The position numbers and the translations under genes were made by a program. From the human T2T-CHM13v2.0 reference genome, Homo sapiens, in assembly GCF_009914755.1 (NCBI RefSeq), contig NC_060944.1: a DNA stretch of 64,000 nt; one strand, 5' to 3'. The notes beneath the pieces were generated by a model. That model was given only the letters and a program-made list of their open reading frames with translations. It was not told where the DNA came from and did not search any database. Position 1 is the first letter of the stretch; each line of letters starts with the position of its first letter. Positions 1 through 12,300 of the stretch are shown in pieces.

Positions 1-43
1 AAGTTTCTGAGAATGCTTCTGTCTGGATTTTATCTGAAGACAA

Positions 44-60
44 TCCCGTTTCCAACGAAA
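44..60 (-). promoter_or_regulatory. CENP-B box (m1), representative intact copy
   Basis: tcccgtttccaacgaaa is the reverse complement of TTTCGTTGGAAACGGGA, which matches consensus YTTCGTTGGAARCGGGA. Confidence 0.97.
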
Positions 61-379
61 TCCTCAAAGATATGCAAATATGCTCCTGCAGATTCTAAAA
101 AAGAGTGTTTCAAAACTGCTCTATGAAAAGAAAGGTTCGACTCTGTTAGTAGAGGGCACACATCACAAACAAGTTGCCGAGAATGCTTCTGTCTGGTTTT
201 TATGGGAAGATATGTCCTTTTTCAACCAAGCCTGAATGCGCTCCAAATGGACACTTCCAGATACGACAAAAGGAGTGATTCAAAGCTGTTCTATGAAAGG
301 GAACGTTCCATTCTGTGACTTGAATGCAAACATCACCAAGTAGTTTCTCAGAACGCTGCTGTCTGCTTTTTATATGTAT

Positions 380-396
380 TCCCGTGTCCAAGGAAA
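380..396 (-). promoter_or_regulatory. Degenerate CENP-B box (m3 allele, core TTCG changed to TTCC)
   Basis: tcccgtgtccaaggaaa lacks one CpG of the essential NTTCGNNNNANNCGGGN core. Confidence 0.9.
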
Positions 397-550
397 TCGT
401 CAAAGCCAGCCAAATATCCACTTGCAGGTTCCACAAAAAGAGTGTTTCAAAACTGCTCTCTCAAAAGACATGTTCAACTCTGTCAGTTGAGGACACACAT
501 CACAAAGAAGTTTCTGAGAATGCTTCTGTCTAGTTTTTATGGGAAGATAT

Positions 551-567
551 TTCCTTTTTCACCATAG
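551..567 (+). promoter_or_regulatory. pJalpha-type box in A-type monomer m4 (representative copy)
   Basis: ttcctttttcaccatag matches the pJalpha motif TTCCTTTTYCACCRTAG at the position equivalent to the CENP-B box. m2, m6 and m8 carry diverged versions. Confidence 0.75.
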
Positions 568-721
568 GCCTCAAAGCGCTCCAAATGTCCACTTCCAGGG
601 AATGGAAAAAGAGTGTTTCCAACCTGCTCTATGAAAGCGAATGTTCAACTCCGTGACTTGAATGCAACCATCACAAGGAAGTTTCTGAGAATGCTTCTGT
701 CTAGATTTTATATGAAGATAT

Positions 722-738
722 TCCCGTTTCCAACGAAA
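722..738 (-). promoter_or_regulatory. CENP-B box (m5), representative intact copy
   Basis: Exact tcccgtttccaacgaaa. Confidence 0.97.
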
Positions 739-1059
739 TCCTCAAAGCTATCCAAATATCCACTTGGAGATTCTACAAAAAGAGTGTTTCAAAACTGCTC
801 TATCAAAAGAAAGGTTCTACTCCGTCAGTTGAGGACACACATCACGAGTAAGTTTCTGACAATGCTTCTGTCTAGTTTTTATGGGAAGATATGTCCTTTT
901 TCACCTTTGGCCGGAAAGCGCTCCAAAAGTCCAGTTACAGACACTACAAAGAGAGTGTTTCAAACCTGCTCTGTGAAAGGGAATGTTCAATACTGTGACT
1001 TGAATGCAAACATCACAAAGAAGTTGCAGAGAATGCTGGTGTCTGCTTTTTATACCTTA

Positions 1060-1076
1060 TCCCGTTTCCAACGAAA
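1060..1076 (-). promoter_or_regulatory. CENP-B box (m7), representative intact copy
   Basis: Exact tcccgtttccaacgaaa; box positions alternate at 338 and 342 bp spacing. Confidence 0.97.
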
Positions 1077-1333
1077 TCCTCCAATCTATCCGAATATCCG
1101 CTTGCAGACTCCACAAAAAGAGTGTTTCAAAACTGTACTGTCAAAAGAAATGTTCAACTCTGTTAGTTGAGGACACACATCAGAGACTAGCTTCTGAGAA
1201 TGCTTCTGTCCAGTTGTTACGTGAAGATATTTCCTTTTTCAACATAGTCCTGAAACCGCTTCAAATGTCCACTTCCAGATACTGCAAAGAGAGTGTTTCA
1301 AACCGTCTCTACGAAAGGGCATGTTCTCCTCTG

Positions 1334-1341
1334 TGACGTCA
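1334..1341. promoter_or_regulatory. Perfect CRE-consensus palindrome TGACGTCA in monomer m8 (representative; function unproven)
   Basis: ctgTGACGTCAatgc. The motif is directly visible; any regulatory role is inference. Confidence 0.35.
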
Positions 1342-1378
1342 ATGCAAACATCCCAAAGAAGTTTCTGAGAATGCTTCT

Positions 1379-2738
1379 GTCTGGATTTTATCTGAAGACA
1401 ATCCCGTTTCCAACGAAATCCTCAAAGATATGCAAAAATGCTCCTGCAGATTCTACAAAAAGAGTGTTTCAAAACTGCTCTATGAAAAGAAAAGTTCGAC
1501 TCTGTTAGTAGAGGGCACACATCACAAACAAGTTGCCGAGAATGCTTCTGTCTGGTTTTTATGGGAAGATATTTCCTTTTTCAACGCAAGCCTGAATGCG
1601 CTCCAAATGGACACTTCCAGATACGACAAAAGGAGTGATTCAAAGCTGTTCTATAAAGGGGAACGTTCCATTCTGTGACTTGAATGCAAACATCACCAAG
1701 TAGTTTCTCAGAACGCTGCTGTCTGCTTTTTATATGTATTCCCGTGTCCAAGGAAATCGTCAAAGCCAGCCAAATATCCACTTGCAGGTTCCACAAAAAG
1801 AGTGTTTCAAAACTGCTCTCTCAAAAGACATGTTCAACTCTGTCAGTTGAGGACACACATCACAAAGAAGTTTCTGAGAATGCTTCTGTCTAGTTTTTAT
1901 GGGAAGATATTTCCTTTTTCATCATAGGCCTCAAAGCGCTCCAAATGTCCACTTCCAGGGAATGGAAAAAGAGTGTTTCCAACCTGCTCTATGAAAGCGA
2001 ATGTTCAACTCCGTGACTTGAATGCAACCATCACAAGGAAGTTTCTGAGAATGCTTCTGTCTAGATTTTATATGAAGATATTCCCGTTTCCAATGAAATC
2101 CTCAAAGCTATCCAAATATCCACTTGGAGATTCTACAAAAAGAGTGTTTCAAAAGTGCTCTATCAAAAGAAATGTTCTACTCCGTCAGGTGAGGACACAA
2201 ATCACGAGTAAGTTTCTGACAATGCTTCTGTCTAGTTTTTATGGGAAGATATGTCCTTTTTCACCTTAGACCGGAAAGCGCTCCAAAAGTCCAGTTACAG
2301 ACACTACAAAAAGAGTGTTTCAAACCTGCCCTGTGAAAGGGAATGTTCAATACTGTGACTTGAATGCAAACATCACAAAGAAGTTGCTGAGAATGCTGCT
2401 GTCTGCTTTTTATACCTTATCCCGTTTCCAACGAAATCCTCAAATCTAGCCAAATATCCACTTGCGGACTCCACAAAAACAGTGTTTCAAAACTCTACTG
2501 TCCAAAGAAATGTTCAACTCTGTTAGTTGAGGACACACATCAGAGACTAGCTTCCGAGAATGCTTCTGTCCAGTTGTTACGGGAAGATATTTCCTTTTTC
2601 AGAATAGGCCTGAAACCGCTTCAAATGTACACTTCCAGATACTGCAAAGAGAGTGTTTCAAACCTTCTCTACGAAAGGGCATGTTCTCCTCTGTGACGTC
2701 AATGCAAACATCCCAAAGAAGTTTCTGAGAATGCTTCT
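1379..2738 (-). repeat. One canonical 1360-bp 8-mer HOR copy (m1 1379, m2 1550, m3 1721, m4 1888, m5 2059, m6 2230, m7 2401, m8 2568)
   Basis: Monomer starts taken at the conserved 'gtc' after gaatgct(t/g)ct give lengths 171,171,167,171,171,171,167,171. m1, m3, m5 and m7 carry the CENP-B box position; m2, m4, m6 and m8 are A-type. Confidence 0.95.
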
Positions 2739-5700
2739 GTCTGGATTTTATCTGAAGACAATCCCGTTTCCAACGAAATCCTCAAAGCTATGCAAATATG
2801 CTCCTGCAGATTCTAAAAAAGAGTGTTTCAAAACTGCTCTATGAAAAGAAAGGTTCGACTCTGTTAGTAGAGGGCACACATCACAAACAAGTTGCCGAGA
2901 ATGCTTCTGTCTGATTTTTATGGGAAGATATTTCCTTTTGCAACACAAGCCTGAATGCGCTCCAAATGGACACTTCCACATACGACAAAAGGAGTGTTTC
3001 AAAGCTGTTCTGTGAAAGGGAACGTTCAATTCTGTGACTTGAATGCAAACATCACCAAGTAGTTTCTCAGAACGCTGCTGTCTGCTTTTTATATGTATTC
3101 CCGTGTCCAACGAAATCGTCAAAGCCAGCCAAATATCCACTTGCAGGTTCCACAAAAAGAGTGTTTCAAAACTGCTCTCTCAAAAGACATGTTCAACTCT
3201 GTCAGTTGAGGACACACATCACAAAGAAGTTTGTGAGAATGCTTCCGCCTAGTTTTTATGGGAAGATATTTCCTTTTTCACCATAGGCCTCAAAGCGCTC
3301 CAAATGTCCACTTCCAGGGAATGGAAAAAGAGTGTTTCCAACCTGCTCTATGAAAGAGAATGTTCAACTCCGTGACTTGAATGCAACCATCACAAGGAGG
3401 TTTCTGAGAATGCTTCTGTCTAGATTTTATATGAAGATATTCCCGTTTCCAATGAAATCCTCAAAGCTATCCAAATATCCACTTGGAGATTCTACAAAAA
3501 GAGTGTTTCAAAAGTGCTCTATCAAAAGAAAGGTTCTACTCCGTCGGTTGAGGACACACATCACGAGGAAGTTTCTGAAAATGCTTCTGTCTAGTTTTTA
3601 TGGGAAGATATGTACTTTTTCACCTTTGGCCGGAAAGCGCTCCAAAAGTCCAGTTACAGACACTACAAAGAGAGTGTATCAAACCTGCTCTGTGAAAGGG
3701 AATGTTCAATACTGTGACTTGAATGCAAACATCACAAAGAAGTTGCAGAGAATGCTGGTGTCTGCTTTTTATACCTTATCCCGTTTCCAACGAAATCCTC
3801 AAATCTAGCCAAATATCCGCTTGCAGACTCCACAAAAACAGTGTTTCAAAACTGTACTGTCAAAAGAAATGTTCAACTCTGTTAGTTGAGGACACACATC
3901 AGAGACTAGCTTCTGAGAATGCTTCTGTCCAGTTGTTACGTGAAGATATTTCCTTTTTCAACATAGTCCTGAAACCGCTTCAAATGTCCACTTCCAGATA
4001 CTGCAAAGAGAGTGTTTCAAACCGTCTCTACGAAAGGGCATGTTCTCCTCTGTGACGTCAATGCAAACATCCCAAAGAAGTTTCTGAGAATGCTTCTGTC
4101 TGGATTTTATCTGAAGACAATCCCGTTTCCAACGAAATCCTCAAAGATATGCAAAAATGCTCCTGCAGATTCTACAAAAAGAGTGTTTCAAAACTGCTCT
4201 ATGAAAAGAAAGGTTCGACTCTGTTAGTAGAGGGCACACATCACAAACAAGTTGCCGAGAATGCTTCTGTCTGGTTTTTATGGGAAGATATTTCCTTTTT
4301 CAACGCAAGCCTGAATGCGCTCCAAATGGACACTTCCAGATACGACAAAAGGAGTGATTCAAAGCTGTTCTATAAAGGGAAACGTTCCATTCTGTGACTT
4401 GAATGCAAACATCACCAAGTAGTTTCTCAGAACGCTGCTGTCTGCTTTTTATAAGTATTCCCGTGTCCAAGGAAATCGTCAAAGCCAGCCAAATATCCAC
4501 TTGCAGGTTCCACAAAAAGAGTGTTTCAAAACTGCTCTCTCAAAAGACATGTTCAACTCTGTCAGTTGAGGACACACATCACAAAGAAGTTTCTGAGAAT
4601 GCTTCTGTCTAGTTTTTATGGGAAGATATTTCCTTTTTCACCATAGGCCTCAAAGCGCTCCAAATGTCCACTTCCAGGGAATGGAAAAAGAGTGTTTCCA
4701 ACCTGCTCTATGAAAGCGAATGTTCAACTCCGTGACTTGAATGCAACCATCACAAGGAAGTTTCTGAGAATGCTTCTGTCTAGATTTTATATGAAGATAT
4801 TCCCGTTTCCAACGAAATCCTCATAGCTATCCAAATATCCACTTGGAGATTCTACAAAAAGAGTGTTTCAAAAGTGCTCTATCAAAAGAAATGTTCTACT
4901 CCGTCAGGTGAGGACACAAATCACGAGTAAGTTTCTGACAATGCTTCTGTCTAGTTTTTATGGGAAGATATGTCCTTTTTCACCTTAGACCGGAAAGCGC
5001 TCCAAAAGTCCAGTTACAGACACTACAAAAAGAGTGTTTCAAACCTGCCCTGTGAAAGGGAATGTTCAATACTGTGACTTGAATGCAAACATCACAAAGA
5101 AGTTGCTGAGAATGCTGCTGTCTGCTTTTTATACCTTATCCCGTTTCCAACGAAATCCTCAAATCTAGCCAAATATCCACTTGCGGACTCCACAAAAACA
5201 GTGTTTCAAAACTGTACTGTCCAAAGAAATGTTCAACTCTGTTAGTTGAGAACACACATCAGAGACTAGCTTCCGAGAATGCTTCTGTCCAGTTGTTACG
5301 GGAAGATATTTCCTTTTTCAGAATAGGCCTGAAACCGCTTCAAATGTCCACTTCCAGATACTGCAAAGAGAGTGTTTCAAACCTTCTCTACGAAAGGGCA
5401 TGTTCTCCTCTGTGACGTCAATGCAAACATCCCAAAGAAGTTTCTGAGAATGCTTCTGTCTGGATTTTATCTGAAGACAATCCCGTTTCCAACGAAATCC
5501 TCAAAGCTATGCAAATATGCTCCTGCAGATTCTACAAAAAGAGTGTTTCAAAACTGCTCTATGAAAAGAAAGGTTCGACTCTGTTAGTAGAGGGCACACA
5601 TCACAAACAAGTTGCCGAGAATGCTTCTGTCTGGTTTTTATGGGAAGATATTTCCTTTTTCAACGCAAGCCTGAATGCGCTCCAAATGGACACTTCCAGA

Positions 5701-5966
5701 TACGACAAAAGGAGTGTTTCAAAGCTGTTCTATGAAAGGGAACGTTCCATTCTGTGACTTGAATGCAAACATCACCAAGTAGTTTCTCAGAACGCTGCTG
5801 TCTGCTTTTTATATGTATTCCCGTGGCCAAGGAAATCGTCAAAGCCAGCCAAATATCCACTTGCAGGTTCCACAAAAAGAGTGTTTCAAAACTGCTCTCT
5901 CAAAAGACATGTTCAACTCTGTCAGTTGAGGACACACATCACAAAGAAGTTTCTGAGAATGCTTCT

Positions 5967-6308
5967 GTCTAGTTTTTATGGGAAGATATTTCCTTTTTCA
6001 CCATAGGCCTCAAAGCGCTCCAAATGTCCACTTCCAGGGAATGGAAAAAGAGTGTTTCCAACCTGCTCTATGAAAGCGAATGTTCAACTCCGTGACTTGA
6101 ATGCAACCATCACAAGGAAGTTTCTGAGAATGCTTCTGTCTAGTTTTTATGGGAAGATATTTCCTTTTTCACCATAGGCCTCAAAGCGCTCCAAATGTCC
6201 ACTTCCAGGGAATGGAAAAAGAGTGTTTCCAACCTGCTCTATGAAAGCGAATGTTCAACTCCGTGACTTGAATGCAACCATCACAAGGAAGTTTCTGAGA
6301 ATGCTTCT
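5967..6308 (-). repeat. 9-mer HOR variant: exact tandem duplication of A-type monomer m4 (5967-6137 and 6138-6308)
   Basis: Marker interval 5763 to 7294 is 1531 = 1360+171. Two consecutive identical 'accataggcctcaaagcgctcc...cagggaatgg' monomers. Confidence 0.95.
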
Positions 6309-9300
6309 GTCTAGATTTTATATGAAGATATTCCCGTTTCCAACGAAATCCTCAAACCTATCCAAATATCCACTTGGAGATTCTACAAAAAGAGTGTTTC
6401 AAAACTGCTCTATCAAAAGAAAGGTTCTACTCCGTCAGTTGAGGACACACATCACGAGTAAGTTTCTGACAATGCTTCTGTCTAGTTTTTATGGGAAGAT
6501 ATGTCCTTTTTCACCTTAGGCCGGAAAGCGCTCCAAAAGTCCAGTTACAGACACTACAAAAAGAGTGTTTCAAACCTGCCCTGTGAAAGGGAATATTCAA
6601 TACTGTGACTTGAATGCAAACATCACAAAGAAGTTGCTGAGAATGTTGCTGTCTGCTTTTTATACCTTATCCCGTTTCCAACGAAATCCTCAAATCTAGC
6701 CAAATATCCACTTGCAGACTCCACAAAAACAGTGTTTCAAAACTGTACTGTCCAGAGAAATGTTCAACTCTGTTAGTTGAGGACACACATCAGAGACTAG
6801 CTTCTGAGAATGCTTCTGTCCAGTTGTTACGGGAAGATATTTCCTTTTTCAGAAAAGGCCTGAAACCACTTCAAATGTACACTTCCAGATACTGCAAAGA
6901 GAGTGTTTCAAACCTTCTCTACGAAAGGGCATGTTCTCCTCTGTGACGTCAATGCAAACCTCCCAAAGAAGTTTCTGAGAATGCTTCTGTCTGGATTTTA
7001 TCTGAAGACAATCCCGTTTCCAACGAAATCCTCAAAGCTATGCAAATATGCTCCTGCAGATTCTACTAAAAGAGTGTTTCAAAACTGCTCTATGAAAAGA
7101 AAGGTTCGACTCTGTTAGTAGAGGGCACACATCACAAACAAGTTGCCGAGAATGCTTCTGTCTGGTTTTTATGGGAAGATATTTCCTTTTCCAACACAAG
7201 CCTGAATGCGCTCCAAATGGACACTTCCAGATACGACAAAAGGAGTGTTTCAAATCTGTTCTGTGAAAGGGAACGTTCCATTCTGTGACTTGAATGCGAA
7301 CATCACCAAGTAGTTTCTCAGAACGCTGCTGTCTGCTTTTTATATGTATTCCCGTGTCCAAGGAAATCGTCAAAGCCAGCCAAATATACACTTGCAGGTT
7401 CCACAAAAAGAGTGTTTCAAAACTGCTCTCTCAAAAGACATGTTCAACTCTGTCAGTTGAGGACACACATCACAAAGAAGTTTCTGAGAATGCTTCCGTC
7501 TAGTTTTTATGGGAAGATATTTCCTTTTTCACCATAGGCCTCAAAGCGCTCCAAATGTCCACTTCCAGGGAATGGAAAAAGAGTGTTTCCAACCTGCTCT
7601 ATGAAAGCGAATGTTCAATTCCGTGACTTGAATGCAACCATCACAAGGAAGTTTCTGAGAATGCTTCTGTCTAGATTTTATATGAAGATATTCCCGTTTC
7701 CAATGAAATCCTCAAAGCTATCCAAATATCCACTTGGAGATTCTACAAAAAGAGTGTTTCAAAAGTGCTGTATGAAAAGAAAGGTTCTACTCCGTCAGTT
7801 GAGGACACACATCACGAGGAAGTTTCTGACAATGCTTCTGTCTAGTTTTTATGGGAAGATATGTCCTTTTTCACCTTAGGCCGGAAAGCGCTCCAAAAGT
7901 CCAGTTACAGACACTACAAAAAGAGTGTTTCAAACCTGCCCTGTGAAAGGGAATATTCAATACTGTGACTTGAATGCAAACATCACAAAGAAGTTGCAGA
8001 GAATGCTGGTGTCTGCTTTTTATATCTTATCCCGTTTCCAACGAAATCCTCAAATCTAGCCAAATATCTGCTTGCAGACTCCACAAAAAGAGTGTTTCAA
8101 AACTGTACTGTCAAAAGAAATGTTCAACTCTGTTAGTTGAGGACACACATCAGAGACTAGCTTCTGAGAATGCTTCTGTCCAGTTGTTACGGGAAGATAT
8201 TTCCTTTTTCAACATAGTCCTGAAACCGCTTCAAATGTCCACTTCCAGATACTGCAAAGAGAGTGATTCAAACCTTCTCTACGAAAGGGCATGTTCTCCT
8301 CTGTGACGTCAATGCAAACCTCCCAAAGAAGTTTCTGAGAATGCTTCTGTCTGGATTTTATCTGAAGACAATCCCGTTTCCAACGAAATCCTCAAAGATA
8401 TGCAAAAATGCTCCTGCAGATTCTACAAAAAGAGTGTTTCAAAACTGCTCTATGAAAAGAAAGGTTCGACTCTGTTAGTAGAGGGCACACATCACAAACA
8501 AGTTGCCGAGAATGCTTCTGTCTGGTTTTTATGGGAAGATATTTCCTTTTTCAACGCAAGCCTGAATGCGCTCCAAATGGACACTTCCAGATACGACAAA
8601 AGGAGTGTTTCAAAGCTGTTCTATGAAAGGGAACGTTCCATTCTGTGACTTGAATGCAAACATCACCAAGTAGATTCTCAGAACGCTGCTGTCTGCTTTT
8701 TATATGTATTCCCGTGTCCAAGGAAATCGTCAAAGCCAGCCAAATATCCACTTGCAGGTTCCACAAAAAGAGTGTTTCAAAACTGCTCTCTCAAAAGACA
8801 TGTTCAACTCTGTCAGTTGAGGACACACATCACAAAGAAGTTTCTGAGAATGCTTCTGTCTAGTTTTTATGGGAAGATATTTCCTTTTTCACCATAGGCC
8901 TCAAAGCACTCCAAATGTCCACTTCCAGGGAATGGAAAAAGAGTGTTTCCAACCTGCTCTATGAAAGCGAATGTTCAACTCCGTGACTTGAATGCAACCA
9001 TCACAAGGAAGTTTCTGAGAATGATTCTGTCTAGATTTTATATGAAGATATTCCCGTTTCCAACGAAATCCTTAAAGCTATCCAAATATCCACTTGGAGA
9101 TTCTTCAAAAAGAGTGTTTCAAAACTGCTCTATCAAAAGAAAGGTTCTACTCCGTCAGTTGAGGACACACATCACGAGTAAGTTTCTGACAATGCTTCTG
9201 TCTAGTTTTTATGGGAAGATATGTCCTTTTTCACCTTTGGCCGGAAAGTGCTCCAAAAGTCCAGTTACAGACACTAGAAAAAGAGTGTTTCAAACCTGCC

Positions 9301-12300
9301 CTGTGAAAGGGAATATTCAATACTGTGACTTGAATGCAAACATCACAAAGAAGTTGCTGAGAATGCTGCTGTCTGCTTTTTATACCTTATCCCGTTTCCA
9401 ACGAAATCCTCAAATCTAGCCAAATATCCACTTGCAGACTCCACAAAAACAGTGTTTCAAAACTGTACTGTCCAAAGAAATGTTCAACTCTGTTAGTTGA
9501 GGACACACATCAGAGACTAGCTTCTGAGAATGCTTCTGTCCAGTTGTTACGGGAAGATATTTCCTTTTTCAGAATAGGCCTGAAACCGCTTCAAATGTAC
9601 ACTTCCAGATACTGCAAAGAGAGTGTTTCAAACCTTCTCTACGAAAGGGCATGTTCTCCTCTGTGACGTCAATGCAAACCTCCCAAAGAAGTTTCTGAGA
9701 ATGCTTCTCTCTGGATTTTATCTGAAGACAATCCCGTTTCCAACGAAATCCTCAAAGCTATGCAAATATGCTCCTGCAGATTCTACAAAAAGAGTGTTTC
9801 AAAACTGCTCTATGAAAAGAAAGGTTCGACTCTGTTAGTAGAGGGCACACATCACAAACAAGTGGCCGAGAATGCTTCTGTCTGGTTTTTATGGGAAGAT
9901 ATTTCCATTTCCAACACAAGCCTGAATGCGCTCCAAATAGACACTTCCAGATACGACAAAAGGAGTGTTTCAAAGCTGTTCTGTGAAAGGGAACGTTCCA
10001 TTCTGTGACTTGAATGCAAACATCACCAAGTAGTTTCTCAGAACGCTGCTGTCTGCTTTTTATATGTATTCCCGTTTCCAACGAAGTCGTCAAAGGCAGC
10101 GAAATATCCACTTGCAGGTTCCACAAAAAGAGTGTTTCAAAACTGCTCTCTCAAAAGACATGTTCAACTCTGTCAGTTGAGGACACACATCACAAAGAAG
10201 TTTGTGAGAATGCTTCCGCCTAGTTTTTATGGGAAGATATTTCCTTTTTCACCATAGGCCTCAAAGCGCTCCAAATGTCCACTTCCAGGGAATGGAATAA
10301 GAGTGTTTCCAACCTGCTCTACGAAAGAGAATGTTCAACTCCGTGACTTGAATGCAACCATCACAAGAAAGTTTCTGACAATGCTTCTGTCTAGATTTTA
10401 TATGAAGATACTACCGTTTCCAACGAAATCCTCAAAGCTATCCAAATATCCACTTGGAGATTCTAGAAAAAGAGTGTTTCAAAACTGCTCTATCAAAAGG
10501 AAGGTTCTACTCCGTCAGTTGAGGACACACATCACGAGTAAGTTTCTGACAATGCTTCTGTCTAGTTTTTATGGGAAGATATGTCCTTTTTCACCTTTGG
10601 CTGGAAAGCTCTCCAAAAGTCCAGTTACAGACACTACAAAGAGAGTGTATCAAACCTGCTCTGTGAAAGGGAATGTTCAATACTGTGACTTGAATGCAAA
10701 CATCACAAAGAAGTTGCATAGAATGCTGGTGTCTGCTTTTTATACCTTATCCCGTTTCCAACGAAATCCTCAAATCTAGCCAAATATCCGCTTGCAGACT
10801 CCACAAAAAGAGTGTTTCAAAACTGTACTGTCAAAGAAATGTTCAACTCTGTTAGTTGAGGACACACATCAGAGACTAGCTTCTGAGAATGCTTCTGTCC
10901 AGTTGTTACGGCAAGATATTTCCTTTTTCAACATAGGCCTGAAACCGCTTCAAATGTCCACTTCCTGATACTGCAAAGAGAGTGTTTCAAACCTTCTCTA
11001 TGAAAGGGCATGTTCTCCTCTGTGACTTCAATTCAAACATCCCAAAGAAGTTTCTGAGAATGCTTCTGTCTGGATTTTATCTGAAGACAATCCCGTTTCC
11101 AACGAAATCCTCAAAGATATGCAAAAATGCTCCTGCAGATTCTACAAAAAGAGTGTTTCAAAACTGCTCTATGAAAAGAAAGGTTCGACTCTGTTAGTAG
11201 AGGGCACACATCACAAACAAGTTGCCGAGAATGCTTCTGTCTGGTTTTTATGGGAAGATATTTCCTTTTCCAACACAAGCCTGAATGCGCTCCAAATGGA
11301 CACTTCCAGATACGACAAAAGGAGTGTTTCAAAGCTGTTCTGTGAAAGGGAACGTTCCATTCTGTGACTTGAATGCAAACATCACCAAGTAGTTTCTCAG
11401 AACGCTGCTGTCTGCTTTTTATATGTATTCCCGTGTCCAAGGAAATCGTCAAAGCCAGCCAAATATCCACTTGCAGGTTCCACAAAAAGAGTGTTTCAAA
11501 ACTGCTCTCTCAAAAGACATGTTCAACTCTGTCAGTTGAGGACACACATCACAAAGAAGTTTCTGAGAATGCTTCTGTCTAGTTTTTATGGGAAGATATT
11601 TCCTTTTTCACCATAGGCCTCAAAGCGCTCCAAATGTCCACTTCCAGGGAATGGAAAAAGAGTGTTTCCAACCTGCTCTATGAAAGCGAATGTTCAACTC
11701 CGTGACTTGAATGCAACCATCACAAGGAAGTTTCTGAGAATGCTTCTGTCTAGATTTTATATGAAGATATTCCCGTTTCCAACGAAATCCTCAAAGCTAT
11801 CCAAATATCCACTTGGAGATTCTACAAAAAGAGTGTTTCAAAAGTGCTCTATCAAAAGAAAGGTTCTACTCCGTCAGTTGAGGACACACATCACGAGTAA
11901 GTTTCTGACAATGCTTCTGTCTAGTTTTTATGGGAAGATATGTCCTTTTTCACCTTAGGCCGGAAAGCGCTCCAAAAGTCCAGTTACAGACACTACAAAA
12001 AGAGTGTTTCAAACCTGCCCTGTGAAAGGGAATATTCAATACTGTGACTTGAATGCAAACATCACAAAGAAGTTGCTGAGAATGCTACTGTCTGATTTTA
12101 TACTTTATCCCGTTTCCAACGAAATCCTCAAATCTAGCCAAATATCCACTTGCAGACTCCACAAAAACAGTGTTTCAAAACTGTACTGTCCAAAGAAATG
12201 TTCAACTCTGTTAGTTGAGGACACACATCAGAGACTAGCTTCTGAGAATGCTTCTGTCCAGTTGTTACGGGAAGATATTTCCTTTTTCAGAATAGGCCTG

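Noticed and set aside
507-527. Heat-shock-element-like GAA/TTC alternation and short dyad in gaagtttctgagaatgcttct
   Set aside because: The spacing does not give three contiguous inverted nGAAn units, and the tract is a generic feature of all alpha satellite.
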